The notes: generated by a model not told the origin, from the letters alone. A stretch of 27,878 nt of DNA from Candidatus Bathyarchaeia archaeon (GCA_050012755.1 JBEKGO010000033.1:1-27878), one strand, 5' to 3'; positions 8,376 through 18,561 are shown, numbered from the stretch's first letter. Numbers and translations are program-made.

Positions 8376-9965
8376 CTAAATAGCCGTTTCAGGGTTCATT
8401 AATAGTTCGCCCGGTTTCCGTCTTTCACGTTTGTTGGTTACCGCAGTGAAGATTAAAATGGAGACTGTGGCGCCGACTATGAAGACAACAAGCACGAGAT
8501 ACAATGATGTTGGTGACGACGTCGGTGAGGTTTTCTCTGTCGAATTCATTGTTGGAGTTGGCGTTGCTGTGGGCGTTGGTGTTGGAGTAGGTGTTGGCAT
8601 AGGTGATGCAGTGGGAGCTAAGATGGGGGTTGAAGTAGGCGTTGTTGTTGGATTAAGTGCTGGTGTTGGAGCAGGTGTCGTAGTCGGTGTTGGAGTGGGT
8701 GTTGGAGTAGGCGTTGCTGTGGAAACTGGAGTGGGTGTTGGAGTTGGAACTTGAGTAGGAGTAGGAGTTGTAGTCGGTGTTGGAGTGGGTGTTGGAGTAG
8801 GCGTTGCTGTGGAAACTGGAGTGGGTGTTGGAGTTGGAACTTGAGTAGGAGTAGGAGTTGTAGTCGGTGTTGGAGTGGGCGCTGCTGTGGGAACTGGAGT
8901 AAGCGTTGGAGCAGCATTTACCGTAACCACCACAGGAGCAGATTGAGTCGAAGTCACGCCTAGATTGGTAGTAACCGTAGCAGTAACATAGTAATAACCA
9001 GAAGCAACAGGAGCAAAACTAAACGTTGAAGCAGTCTGGCCAAACTGAGGAACACCTCCAACGTACCACTGATAACTCGTGTAAATACCTGAATTGCCAC
9101 TAGCAATCGCTGAGAACATCAAAGACTGACCAACATTCATTGTCCAAGAAGAAGGCGACACAACAACAGCCAGAGCCGTAGTTGATGAAGGTTGGTTAAC
9201 CATCAAAGACGTATAAGGACTAGTGGAATCCAAATAGTTATTGTCGCAACTGTAATCTGCATAAAATCCGTAGGAGGCGCCAGTGGCTGACGAAGTCAAA
9301 GGAGTATAACTAATTGAAGTAGCAGTGCCTGCGTAATTCAAAGTTTCCGTATCAAACAAAGTCCATGTAGAACCACCGTTAGTTGAAACATAGAAGTACA
9401 CTGGTCCAGTAGGAACAATGCCTGAGAGTCCGCTAACAGTTGCTGTGTCCGTTACAGACCCGCCCAAAGTGACAGTGGTCGAAGAAAGCAAATTAGTCGT
9501 GGTTGATGAAACTCGGTTAACCGTCAAAGACGCATAAGTGCTATAAGAACCCAAATAGTTATTGTCTCCACCATAAACCGCATAGAACTCGTAAGAGATG
9601 CCAGTTTGGTAGTCGGCAGTAGCTGACGCAGCTGGCGGGGTATAACTGTTGGAAGTAGCAGTGTTCGCGCCATTCAAAGTTTCCGTATCAAACAAAGTCC
9701 ATGTAGAACCACCGTTAGTTGAAACATAGAAATACACCAATCCAGTAGGAACAATGCCTGAGACTCCGCTAACAGTTGCAGTGTCCGTTACAGACCCGCC
9801 CAAATCGATAGTGCTCGAAGAAAGCAAATTAGTCGTAATTGATGAATATTGATTAACTGTCAAAGGCTCATCAGTGCCAGCGCGCACGGTTTGATTTATC
9901 GAAGAAGCTATACTAAATGCTAGGATAACAAAAACGAAAACTGCTAACACATTAATTTTTTTCAT
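8376..9965 (-). CDS. cell-surface protein with two tandem Ig-like (Big_3-like) domains, a third beta-rich domain, a Pro/Thr stalk and a C-terminal TM anchor
   Basis: Likely start ATG 9965 ([21 protein letters not shown] upstream) rather than 10121. Repeated [19 protein letters not shown]...Y.FYA.Y..DNNYL.S. Confidence 0.88.
   Translation of the reverse strand: MKKINVLAVFVFVILAFSIASSINQTVRAGTDEPLTVNQYSSITTNLLSSSTIDLGGSVTDTATVSGVSGIVPTGLVYFYVSTNGGSTWTLFDTETLNGANTATSNSYTPPAASATADYQTGISYEFYAVYGGDNNYLGSYSTYASLTVNRVSSTTTNLLSSTTVTLGGSVTDTATVSGLSGIVPTGPVYFYVSTNGGSTWTLFDTETLNYAGTATSISYTPLTSSATGASYGFYADYSCDNNYLDSTSPYTSLMVNQPSSTTALAVVVSPSSWTMNVGQSLMFSAIASGNSGIYTSYQWYVGGVPQFGQTASTFSFAPVASGYYYVTATVTTNLGVTSTQSAPVVVTVNAAPTLTPVPTAAPTPTPTTTPTPTQVPTPTPTPVSTATPTPTPTPTPTTTPTPTQVPTPTPTPVSTATPTPTPTPTPTTTPAPTPALNPTTTPTSTPILAPTASPMPTPTPTPTPTATPTPTMNSTEKTSPTSSPTSLYLVLVVFIVGATVSILIFTAVTNKRERRKPGELLMNPETAI
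8680..8879. repeat. 90-bp perfect tandem repeat (about 2.2 copies) encoding the Pro/Thr stalk
   Basis: GTAGTCGGTGTTGGAGTGGG recurs at 8680, 8770 and 8860. Confidence 0.93.
9195..9855. repeat. intragenic domain duplication (about 9195-9515 vs 9516-9855)
   Basis: Long identical stretches such as TTCAAAGTTTCCGTATCAAACAAAGTCCATGTAGAACCACCGTTAGTTGAAACATAGAA; one 15-bp indel. Confidence 0.93.
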
Positions 9966-10242
9966 TGTTTTTTCTCCATCATTTCCTTTACTCTGGTGCT
10001 CAATCTCAATCTTCTTTCTGAGTGACTTAGGATAGTCGAGCATCATGATATAAGCGATATTTTCAGAACCGGAATATTTCAAAAACTGGAATATGTCAAC
10101 CGTTGCCGAAAAGCAAAGCATATTCGCTTGCTGCCCTCTGATTTTTCCTCATACACTAATTGAATTTCCGATGAATATGCTGTCCGTAGAGCATGAATCC
10201 AAGAATCACCAAAGATGCTAGACGATTATCAGGCGCGGCGCG

Positions 10243-10446
10243 CTAGGCTTCTCCAATTGGATACGCCTAACGTGGACCTAGTATTCTTCACATTCGTGTT
10301 CATCACCTCGACCTTGTTAACGCAAACAATGAACAAACATGACCTGGAAAACCTGCGAGGTATGGTTAGCGGACTGGGCATAATTGGCAGGATAGTAAAC
10401 CTCTTTCTAACATAATCGAAAAAATCGTGAAAATCTTAAACCATAA
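10243..10446 (+). pseudogene. frameshifted C-terminal remnant of a second flippase copy
   Basis: LGFSNWIRL/LVFFTFVFITSTLLTQTMNKHDLENLRGMVSGLGIIGRIV/IIEKI vs intact LGFSSWIRL..IFFAFIFVTASLLTKTIDKSDIENLRSMVSGIGIIGKI..IIEKL. Confidence 0.88.
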
Positions 10447-10641
10447 TTACCATTTGTCAATTTGCTGAACGCGTTCTTTCTTTGCAATATCAATGAACAT
10501 TTTTGGTTCAAGAGGTTCACAGTGGATTTTGTGAAAACAGTCTGTTAAGATTTCAAGATTCTGTATCTTTAGTTAGAACAACGGAAAAGTATTCTATTTT
10601 TTTTGATAATCATTGGTTTAAAGAACTATATTGGATTTGTC

Positions 10642-11352
10642 TTAATTCTGCAAAGCCGTTACCAAAAGTATTCTTTTGAGGATAGTGAAGCCGTGACTTA
10701 TCTTAAGTTTTTTCTCACCTAACCGTGCCCTGTAGTTTATTGGTATTTCTCGAATCTTGAATCCGCGTCGCTCTACCCGATGGTTCAGTTCGACTTCGAT
10801 GTCGAAGCCTTTGGATTGCAGGCGCAAACCTCGCAAGATTTCGGAGCGAATAACTCGCAGTCCAGTTAATGGGTCTTCTAATGGTACTCCATTAAGTATT
10901 TTATGTGCCAAAGCTAGCAACTTGTTTCCAATATGGAAAACGCTGTGCAAAGCGTCCTTGTCAACCTTTCCGTCGAGTCTGTTGCCGCAAACCATGCCTA
11001 CAAGTGGGTTTTCGTCGAGTATTTTTATCATAGCTGGAACGTATTGGGCTGGGTAGGTGTAGTCTGCGTCTGTTAGAATGATGTAGTTCGCGTTTGGGTC
11101 GGTGTGTTCTAGGGCTTTGGTTAGGGCGTCGCCTTTGCCCGTGCCATCTTGATAGAAAACTTTTGCGCCTAGGTTTTTAGCTATTTCGACTGTTCGGTCG
11201 TTGCTTTTGCCATCAACGACTAGGACTGGGATTTCGCCTAGGGTGTCTTTCATTTCGGCTATTGTGAGTCCGATTCCTGGTGCTTCGTTTAGTGCGGCAA
11301 TTATTAGCTGCGCTGAATAGCGGGGCTCTTCCTGCTGAACTAGAATTGTCAA
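10642..11352 (-). CDS. GT2 glycosyltransferase, dolichol-phosphate hexosyltransferase (DPM1-like)
   Basis: IIAALNE, VVDGKSNDRT, GKGDAL, DADYTY (DxD), VCGNR, DPLTGLR, FDIEVEL, EIPINYRARLGEKKL. Confidence 0.95.
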   Translation of the reverse strand: MTILVQQEEPRYSAQLIIAALNEAPGIGLTIAEMKDTLGEIPVLVVDGKSNDRTVEIAKNLGAKVFYQDGTGKGDALTKALEHTDPNANYIILTDADYTYPAQYVPAMIKILDENPLVGMVCGNRLDGKVDKDALHSVFHIGNKLLALAHKILNGVPLEDPLTGLRVIRSEILRGLRLQSKGFDIEVELNHRVERRGFKIREIPINYRARLGEKKLKISHGFTILKRILLVTALQN

Positions 11353-11660
11353 GTCCTTTCTTCTCCTTTCTTGCTGTTGGTTAATCGTAAGTGTCGCTAC
11401 ACACTATATAAGCCACATTTCCCAAGGAAAATATATCAAAAGTCGGAATATCGGCTTTCTGCAGGTTTGTCTTGATTGGTTCTGGCAGCCAAAAATCTTA
11501 ATTTTTCAGAGCCTCAGCCGTCGACATTTTTTCTAAACGTTTTTAGGCATTTCTTTCTCAGTCAGTCGTGACTATGTTCGGGGTGGCTCCTGTTAGAGCT
11601 CTGGGTTTATGTGATGGTTTCAGAATGGGTGCCTGCGCTTTTGGATTTCACTTTTCTTCT

Positions 11661-12135
11661 TTTTTTGGTACTTTTTTATACTTTTTCGTACGTTCCTAAC
11701 CTTTTTGGTACGTTTCAAACCTTTTCTAGCCTTTTCTAACCTTTTCTGTACGTGACCTGCAACTAATTCAAACCCTAAATCTAAAAAGCAACCCAAAACA
11801 CAAAGAAAAAAATTGCGCCACAAAAACCGTCAATAACTGGTTCGCGACGCGAAAAGCCAACCTGCCTCTTTCTTTTTTCTTCCGTTTTCTTACATTTTCT
11901 TGCAGATCCTTGCATTTTCTCACATTTAGAGAAGCAACATGCAAACAAACTAAGCTCTAATTCCAAAAAACAGTCTAAAACACAAAGAAAAAACCTATAC
12001 GAAAACCCATCAATGACGTTGCTTCGGTAGGGATTTTTTGGGATGTTTCTAGATGTTTTGGGATGTTTTAAGATTATGGTTGCAATAGATTTGAGCCCCA
12101 AAATTAGAAAAGCAACTTAAACCACAAAGAACAAA
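11661..12135 (+). repeat. cluster of 3 [10-mer array + 60-bp core] elements; cores at 11751, 11933 and ~12074
   Basis: Arrays of CTTTTCTAAC type (11661-11750), TACATTTTCT type (11871-11930) and GGATGTTTTG type (12031-12074), each followed by the core. Confidence 0.92.
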
Positions 12136-12247
12136 ATTTCATTAAGAATATTGTAGCCTTTTCTTGTCATATGTAGATTGTCTCTTTCAATATTCTGTCC
12201 TTTATCTGGACCTTCAGGGGCAGTCATAATATGTCGAAGATGCGAGT

Positions 12248-12643
12248 CTATTTAATGCTGTCTAATGTGGAACCGTTTGCCGCAGGTGTTATTTTTTTGA
12301 TTAGCCTCAAGTCTTCCGTTATTAGTTTTAGTTCTTTTGTCTTAGCAAAATAAACGTATGAAGCGTCGTAAAAAGTAATTTTTAGTTTTATTGCGGTGTC
12401 TAATATTTCTTCTTCACTGTCAGTTATCTCCATTACGTTCATTATGGTTAAGGTGTGCTTGATCGACTTTGCCAGCATTTTTGCTTCTTGCTCTGAAACC
12501 TTAGCGTGTAAGAGGCAGTCTTTCCAAATGATGTTTCCCAATTCATATCTTGCTAACTCTAAAGTGTAATTTCCAGCCAAAAACTCGATTTTGTTTTCTT
12601 TAATGGCTCTAAATATAGCTGAAGAATCAAAAAGACGCTTCAT
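12248..12643 (-). CDS. vapC: VapC PIN-domain toxin
   Basis: LFDSSAI, YELGNIIWK, ITFYDASY, LITED; ATGA overlap with the antitoxin. Confidence 0.93.
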   Translation of the reverse strand: MKRLFDSSAIFRAIKENKIEFLAGNYTLELARYELGNIIWKDCLLHAKVSEQEAKMLAKSIKHTLTIMNVMEITDSEEEILDTAIKLKITFYDASYVYFAKTKELKLITEDLRLIKKITPAANGSTLDSIK

Positions 12644-12873
12644 CGGCTATCCCTATCTTCTCTTATGCCCTTCACTATATCTTCTATGCTTACTTTTTCA
12701 AGTATCGGCTTCAACCTGTCTATCTCTTCTTTTAGCTCTTCCATCTCTCTTTTTTTCACTTCATCTTCAAGGGCTTTTCGCAAAATCTTAGACGGCTTGA
12801 TTTTGAACCTCTGAATTTTTTCTTTGAGTTGCTTGGGGATTTTTGTAGAAACTGTAACACATTGTTGCACCAA
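12640..12873 (-). CDS. vapB: cognate antitoxin (RHH/CcdA-like VapB)
   Basis: VTVSTKIPKQLKEK..IKPSKILRKALEDEV..IREDRD. Likely start TTG 12873 or GTG 12870, after GGTGA. Confidence 0.85.
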   Translation of the reverse strand: MVQQCVTVSTKIPKQLKEKIQRFKIKPSKILRKALEDEVKKREMEELKEEIDRLKPILEKVSIEDIVKGIREDRDSR

Positions 12874-13000
12874 ATTATTCTCACCGCATATTACTACTTT
12901 AAAGTAAGATAAAATAGTTTCCATAAGGTGCAAAGGAAATAAATAAGCAGTAACGTATGGAGCTGGGGATGGGAATTGGATCCATTTATGACAGCTTTTT

Positions 13001-13094
13001 TGGACTTATTTTGACGTTTTTGGACTTTTTCCGACTCAACCTGCCAAGAAATCAAACCCTAAACCAAAAAAGCAACTTGAAAAACAAAGAAAAA
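13001..13094 (+). repeat. single [10-mer array + core] element, GGAC/TGAC type; core at 13035
   Basis: TGGACTTATT TTGACGTTTT TGGACTTTTT CCGA|CTCAACCTGCCAAGAAATCAAACCCTAAACCAAAAAAGCAACTTGAAAAACAAAGAAAAA. Confidence 0.92.
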
Positions 13095-13274
13095 AATTCT
13101 GAAAAAAATAATTTGCGCTAAGAGAGCCTAACCAAGTAATAGGCATCTAATTTTCACAGAAGATCCTATACAAAGAAGAGAAGAGCTTTTCATGCGAATC
13201 AAATAGGAATATAGTTTCTCTCAGGCTTTTAGAACAACCTTATAAGTTAAAAAAACAAATAAGATTTGAGAAAA

Positions 13275-13469
13275 ATGACAATCGAAGTTGATCTAAAAGA
13301 AATAAAATCATTGCTGTCAGAGGTTAACCAGAAACTTGATTCGTTGCTTGAAGAAAAAGACACCCACGTAATTATGGCTCTTGAGGAGAAATCACTCAGG
13401 GATTTTCTAGAAAAAGAACCTGACCTTTATTCACTCAGAGACATCAAGGCAAAGGTTAAGTGTAATTGA
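13275..13469 (+). CDS. putative antitoxin of the MazF/PemK toxin
   Basis: Small acidic ORF (EEKSLRDFLEKEPDLYS) with TTGA overlap on the toxin. Start ATG 13275 or TTG 13266. Confidence 0.78.
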   Translation: MTIEVDLKEIKSLLSEVNQKLDSLLEEKDTHVIMALEEKSLRDFLEKEPDLYSLRDIKAKVKCN

Positions 13470-13792
13470 AAGGAAAAATAGTTCTGATCTCTTTTCCGTT
13501 TACTGACTTAACTTCGACAAAATTGAGGCCTGCGCTTGTTCTTTATGAAAGCGAAAAAGATGTCGTGGTAGCTTTTATTTCCTCAAGGATAGGAAAAGCA
13601 AGATCTGTTGACATTTTGATTAAGGAAAATCACTCAGAGTTCAAGAAGACTGGGCTTAAGGTTGCGTCGTCGGTAAGACTTGACAAATTGGCAACGTTAT
13701 CAAAAGAATTGATTCTTGGCGAAATAGGCGAAGTCGGTCCTAAACTTAAGATGGAAATAAACGAGAAAATATCTAAAACCCTCATTCTCTGA
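13466..13792 (+). CDS. mazF: PemK/MazF-family endoribonuclease toxin
   Basis: GKIVLISFPFTDLTSTKLRPALV, VVAFISS, TGLKVASSVRLDKLATL. Confidence 0.93.
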   Translation: MKGKIVLISFPFTDLTSTKLRPALVLYESEKDVVVAFISSRIGKARSVDILIKENHSEFKKTGLKVASSVRLDKLATLSKELILGEIGEVGPKLKMEINEKISKTLIL

Positions 13793-13870
13793 ACGGAAAA
13801 CATATCCAAGTTTGCGCATCTTTTCTTTGACTGTTAACCTTAGCTTTTTCACTTAGTTTCACTTTCTACT

Positions 13871-14281
13871 CTGAACATTTTTGGACTTTTTTGGACTTTA
13901 TTCGACTCAACCCGCAGCCCCTTCAAGCCCTAAATCAAGAAAGCAATCTAAAACACAAAGAAAAAAACCGCACAAAAACCTGTCAATAACTGATTCGGCA
14001 CGCAACAAACTAACCTGTCTTTTCCTTTTTCTTGTGTTTTTTTACAGATTCTTACATTTTTTTACATTTAGGGACGCAACCTGCAAACAAAACAAGCTTC
14101 AAAGCAAAAAAGCAGCTTGAACCACAAAGAACAAAAAATGGGAAGGGTTTGCTTAGGGTTGCTTAGGTTTGCGTGCTTTTGCTTCTGTTTACATGCTTGT
14201 GCTTAGGTTTACTTCTATTTACGCAGCCTGCAGACAAAACACAACCAAAAATAAAAAAGCAACCCAAAACACAAAGAACAA
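13871..14281 (+). repeat. cluster of 3 [10-mer array + core] elements; cores at 13906, 14075 and 14222
   Basis: Arrays of TTGGACTTTT type, TTTACATTTT type and GCTTAGGTTT type (14141-14220, 8 units). Confidence 0.92.
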
Positions 14282-14352
14282 AAAACAGACAAAACACGCC
14301 TACAAAACAGCACAAGCTCGGCGCTAAAACAAAAAAAGAAAATGGTGCGTTT

Positions 14353-14805
14353 TTAGTCTGTTCCTGATATGGTCATTGTGTCGCTGAAGCTTGAAATGCC
14401 AGTTATGCTTGGAGATACGGTTAACGTTATGGTTGCTGCTACTGCTTGCCCAGTTGATAGTTGTGCTCCTTGTTGGCTCCAGCTTATGGCTATGTAGGTG
14501 CTTGCTCCAGCGGGATTCCAATTGCTTGTTGTCAAGCTCAGTGTTATGGTGCCTGCGCCCGTGTTCTTTACGTAGACGGTTTGAGTGGCAACTCCTTCGG
14601 CTGAGATAGATCCCCAGTTCACTGAAGCCATTGTTGTGGTGCAGGCACTGTCAGAGTACACTCTGATGTTAGGCGAGGAGGTTGTGATTGACCCTGACGA
14701 ATTTATGTTTGCGCTCACGTTAATTTCACTGTAAGTGGTCATCGTTAAAGCGAACCCAGCCAAAACTAAACATATTATTGCAAAGATCATGATACTTTTT
14801 TGCAT
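14353..14805 (-). CDS. small secreted beta-rich protein, paralog 1 (candidate TasA/bundling-pilin-like subunit)
   Basis: Signal peptide, then SSGSI, VYSDSACT, VNWGSI, TVYVKNTG, WNP, FS..ITISG pattern shared with 16969-17475 and 18604-19053. Confidence 0.85.
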   Translation of the reverse strand: MQKSIMIFAIICLVLAGFALTMTTYSEINVSANINSSGSITTSSPNIRVYSDSACTTTMASVNWGSISAEGVATQTVYVKNTGAGTITLSLTTSNWNPAGASTYIAISWSQQGAQLSTGQAVAATITLTVSPSITGISSFSDTMTISGTD

Positions 14806-15123
14806 ATTTACCTCTCTCTAGGTAACGTTGTTTGAATTGCCAGCCTATGAATTTCGATGTAAACGAGAGTAACAAAAAAACACATGATACTTTTCTAGCT
14901 TCCACATTAGAAGCCACGGCTACAACAGCTGCCATAGCTGAAAACTTCCGTCACACAGCCTCCAAGGTTGATATTGGATTGAGAAATAAATGCAAATTGA
15001 TGTTGAACGGATGAATCTTTTTTAGTGAAGCCGACTTTGCAAACCCGTGAAGCCGTCTTTTCAAAAACCAATAAAAGTAATTACTTCCCAATAGGGGGCT
15101 TGAGGGTATTGAGAGGGGCAAAG

Positions 15124-15549
15124 ATGGTTAGACGATCGGTGTTTGAAAAAATATTTCGCGAGATGCAAAGCATCCATTTTCGACTAGATGACTTGGAAAA
15201 AAACATTTCAAGTTGGAGTCCACATCCGGTAGAACTACCTGAAGCAGACCTATTCTCGCTATCGGATCACCTCCGCAAGACATACATGACCGTTGCTTCC
15301 ACAGGTGAATGCGATGCCATCCAAGTTTCAACCAAAACAGGCAGATGCCGAGCACTAGAAAGCAACTACCTAAACCAACTCTGCCGAATGGGCTGGCTAA
15401 ACAAACGAAAAGTCTCCAAATCAACCCACTTCTACCTAGCCCAAGAAAAAACACCCAGAAAACAACCCTTAATCGTAGTAGATATCCCTCGAAAAATGCC
15501 CAAGCTCCAAATCGGAAAAGACTTCAGAAAATTCTTCGCTGAACCATAG
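15124..15549 (+). CDS. winged helix-turn-helix DNA-binding protein with an N-terminal coiled coil
   Basis: LSDHLRKTY..AIQVSTKTGRCRALESNYLNQLCRMGWLNKRK. Start ATG 15124 after GAGGGG. Confidence 0.8.
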   Translation: MVRRSVFEKIFREMQSIHFRLDDLEKNISSWSPHPVELPEADLFSLSDHLRKTYMTVASTGECDAIQVSTKTGRCRALESNYLNQLCRMGWLNKRKVSKSTHFYLAQEKTPRKQPLIVVDIPRKMPKLQIGKDFRKFFAEP

Positions 15550-15560
15550 GAATTAGAAAC

Positions 15561-15770
15561 ATGAAAAAACGAAACAGAACAATATCACTCTTGCTAATGC
15601 CCGCGATGGTTTTTGTCTGGGCACTCGGCTGGATCTTATACAACTTAGAATCAAAAAGCGAGCACAAAACCAGAAAAACAGTAACCCCCATAAAACTTAG
15701 ACAAACCTCAATAGGTTTTCCGCGAAGCTTCGCAGTTGAAAAACCCCCAAGAATCGATCCAACTCTTTAA
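15561..15770 (+). CDS. small single-TM protein
   Basis: Basic N-terminus then ISLLLMPAMVFVWALGWILY; starts 11 bp after the upstream stop. Confidence 0.65.
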   Translation: MKKRNRTISLLLMPAMVFVWALGWILYNLESKSEHKTRKTVTPIKLRQTSIGFPRSFAVEKPPRIDPTL

Positions 15771-15965
15771 CCCTAAACTTCAAAATCTGCTCTACCACCT
15801 TGCAAACGACACAATATTGGAAATCGGGTCTTCTAACCTGAAAAAAACACAATTTTGCCCTATTTAGGACTTAATTTATATCTACGTTTAACCTGTAGAT
15901 GCTCAAAAATCAAACGCAAGAGGACTGCGTTTCACCTACAATCAGCATCAAACAGGTTTCTAGAA

Positions 15966-16763
15966 ATGGCGGAAGATCAAGAAAACGTTTCAAAAGTACT
16001 CTCTACTCTCGCGCATCCAATAAGACGCAAAATACTCATGACTCTATGCGACAAAGGCGAAACCAGCTTCACCGACCTCATTAATGCACTAAATCTCGAT
16101 ACAGGCAGACTGAGCTTCCACATGAGAAGCCTCAAACCCTTCATAGAGCCGACAAAATCAGGAAAATACAAACTTAACCGAACAGGCGAAGACGCGATCA
16201 GAATCATTAGAGATGTAGCATCTTGGGCAGAACTTGCCGACCTAAAACGAAAAAGTGCCATGCTAACTCCGGCACCCATCAAAAACCGCATCTACGCATT
16301 TCTAATAGACTTCTACCTTATGTTCACCATTGCCGTGTTGCTTCTGCTTGAAACAGTAATTTCACAAGTTCAAGCCAACACAATAGGCGTTCTTTTAAAC
16401 CTGCTGTTTGTTTCATTAGGCATCCTCTGGATTTACTCCACTCTCTTTGAAGGCTTCAAAGGACAAACTCTGGGCAAACGCGCCTTAGGCTTGATAGTCA
16501 TAAGAACAGACGGCATGAAAGTAGACTACGAACACTCAGCAATAAGAAACTTTGGCAAGGTTATTCTACCCGTCGACCTAGTCTTAGGATACATGCTAAA
16601 GGACCCAAAATACATCCGCTACTTCGACAAATTCGCGGGAACCGCAGTCATCGAACTCCGCACCCGCCAAAACAAACTTCCCAAAAACACAAATCAGCAT
16701 GACCAAATGCAACCATTATTGCAACCTGAACTTCTTAATCAATCCAAACAAACCGTAAACTAA
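15966..16763 (+). CDS. ArsR-type wHTH fused to an RDD-family membrane domain
   Basis: LAHPIRRKIL..SFTDL..GRLSFHMRSL..Y.L followed by RIYAFLID, EGFKGQTLGKRALGL, IRN, DKFAGTAVI. Start ATG 15966. Confidence 0.9.
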   Translation: MAEDQENVSKVLSTLAHPIRRKILMTLCDKGETSFTDLINALNLDTGRLSFHMRSLKPFIEPTKSGKYKLNRTGEDAIRIIRDVASWAELADLKRKSAMLTPAPIKNRIYAFLIDFYLMFTIAVLLLLETVISQVQANTIGVLLNLLFVSLGILWIYSTLFEGFKGQTLGKRALGLIVIRTDGMKVDYEHSAIRNFGKVILPVDLVLGYMLKDPKYIRYFDKFAGTAVIELRTRQNKLPKNTNQHDQMQPLLQPELLNQSKQTVN

Positions 16764-16968
16764 ACCAAAAACGTCTGCAATTGGGTTCCGGTAACTTAGC
16801 GTGGGAAAATGCTTTCCATGTTAACGATCGTGAGATAACTCGTTTATTATGGTGATACAAACTTGCAAGTCATGCTGGGATGTCTCCAAAGGCTTTAACG
16901 AAAAAATGCTCTTCGAGAAAGATTTCTTAGGGAAAAAGGAAGGAGTGCAGGAAGGTTTTTGTGGTGAG

Positions 16969-17475
16969 TTATTGGGAGCCGGTTATGGTTATGCTGAAGT
17001 TGAACGAACCTGCTGTTGCGCTTGATGAAGCTGCCAATGTTAGGGTTGCGGAGGTTGATGCGCCTGCGGCTAGGGTTGTTACTGTGGGGACCCATGTGCA
17101 TGTGAGGTAGGTGTTTGCGTTTGATGGGGTATAATTGCTTGTGGTCATGCTGAGAGTCTCTGCGGTGTTGCCTGTGTTTTTGATGTAGATGGTTACGGTT
17201 GTTTGGCTGCCGGGGGTTATGGTTCCCCAGGTTACGGCTGACATGGCTGTTGTCAGGCCTGCGTCGCTGTAGATGGATACGCCAACTGTTTGGATTGGTG
17301 TTGGTGTGGGTGTTGATGGTGGAGGTGTTGGTGCGGGTGTTGATGTTGGTGTGATTGATCCGGTTGCGGCCAAGGTTTGATTTGCGCTTAACAAACCTGA
17401 AGTGGCTATGACAAGCATCATGCCAACTAAGCCTATTACGATTAGTACTCCTATGTTAGGTCTTTTCAACTTCAT
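16969..17475 (-). CDS. small secreted beta-rich protein, paralog 2 (with Pro/Thr insertion)
   Basis: MKLKRPNIGVLI signal peptide as in paralog 3; WGTITPGSQTTVTIYIKNTGN. Confidence 0.88.
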   Translation of the reverse strand: MKLKRPNIGVLIVIGLVGMMLVIATSGLLSANQTLAATGSITPTSTPAPTPPPSTPTPTPIQTVGVSIYSDAGLTTAMSAVTWGTITPGSQTTVTIYIKNTGNTAETLSMTTSNYTPSNANTYLTCTWVPTVTTLAAGASTSATLTLAASSSATAGSFNFSITITGSQ

Positions 17476-17590
17476 GTTCTTATTACCTTTTAGTATGGTC
17501 ACTTGAGTCGGAAGTATTAATAAATGTTACTTTGTGGAAATCTTAACTGTAAATATGCACAACAACGATACACAAACAAACCAAAGCAAA
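17476..17590 (-). promoter_or_regulatory. archaeal promoter (purine-rich BRE-like + TTTATTAATA at 17524-17515), duplicated upstream of paralog 3
   Basis: About 115 bp closely similar to 19054-19170. Confidence 0.7.
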
Positions 17591-17600
17591 CAAAGAATCG

Positions 17601-17882
17601 TTTTTGACGGGTAGTGACGTTCTGTGACGTTTTATGACGCGTAGTGACGCAGCCTGCAAAAGATTCAAACTTAGATTCGAAAATCAGTCTAAAACACAAA
17701 AACAAAAAATAGCACAAACACAAAAATGTGGGATCCCTAATAGCTTTCACTTATTTCACTTTTCTGCCCGAACTTTTTGGACCGTTTCAAACCTTTTCTA
17801 ACCTTTTCCAACCTTTTTAAACCGCAACCTGCAGATAAATCAAAGCCTAAACCAAGAAAGCAACTTGAAACAAACTGAACAA
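17601..17882 (+). repeat. cluster of 2 [10-mer array + core] elements; cores at 17648 and 17823
   Basis: GTAGTGACGT-type array (17601-17648) and ACCTTTTCTA-type array (17771-17822). Confidence 0.92.
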
Positions 17883-18138
17883 ATTTGAAACAAGAAAACA
17901 GGCTCACATAGACAGGCTTGGAACAACAAGAAGAATCGGCAGGACACATTCTGTCCAACACAAAAACAACCCACATTGACAAACAGATAGCAATTCTGAA
18001 AAAGTGTCTCATGAAATATTGCACTATTTTGATCAATTCTCTTGTTCACACGCATATCAGTTAGTACGAACCAACATTGAAAAATGCTATGAGCGTAGAG
18101 CAACACTACATATTCTAAATCAACTTGAAGTGAGCCGC

Positions 18139-18474
18139 ATGGTAAAACTACTATCGATAATTTGTTCTACACTATTTCTTTTAGGAGCAGCAGATTTGCT
18201 CACTACAGTGATTGGGGTCACAGGAAAAGGCGCAATCGAAGTTAACCCTCTTTTTGCAGCAATCATCCAGACAAACATCCTGGCTTTTGTTGGACTAAAA
18301 ATTGCCACTGTTCTTTTCACGGGCTTTATGTTTCTGGGCGCGGGAAGAATTTCTAAAGGGGCAGGCAGCAATATCTTAGGAAAATACTTTATGCTCTCCG
18401 CCTCATCTATCTCTTGTTTCATAATGACAGCAGTCGTAGCAAACAACCTCTTAGTCCTCCTACGAATTCCGTAA
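18139..18474 (+). CDS. DUF5658-like small membrane protein
   Basis: ADLLTTVIGV..GAIEVNPL..LKI..VVANNL with 3 TM segments. Start ATG 18139. Confidence 0.8.
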   Translation: MVKLLSIICSTLFLLGAADLLTTVIGVTGKGAIEVNPLFAAIIQTNILAFVGLKIATVLFTGFMFLGAGRISKGAGSNILGKYFMLSASSISCFIMTAVVANNLLVLLRIP

Positions 18475-18561
18475 CAAACTCAAAGCACTATTTTCCAAAA
18501 AGAAAGAACAAAGAAAACGCTGACAAGTTTTTGAAAATAGAATGCTCAAGAAAAAGGAGAG

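Noticed and set aside
11661-14281. CRISPR array interpretation of the tandem cores
   Set aside because: Repeats are ~60 bp and degenerate, the intervening sequences are long, internally periodic and reused, and no cas genes are present.
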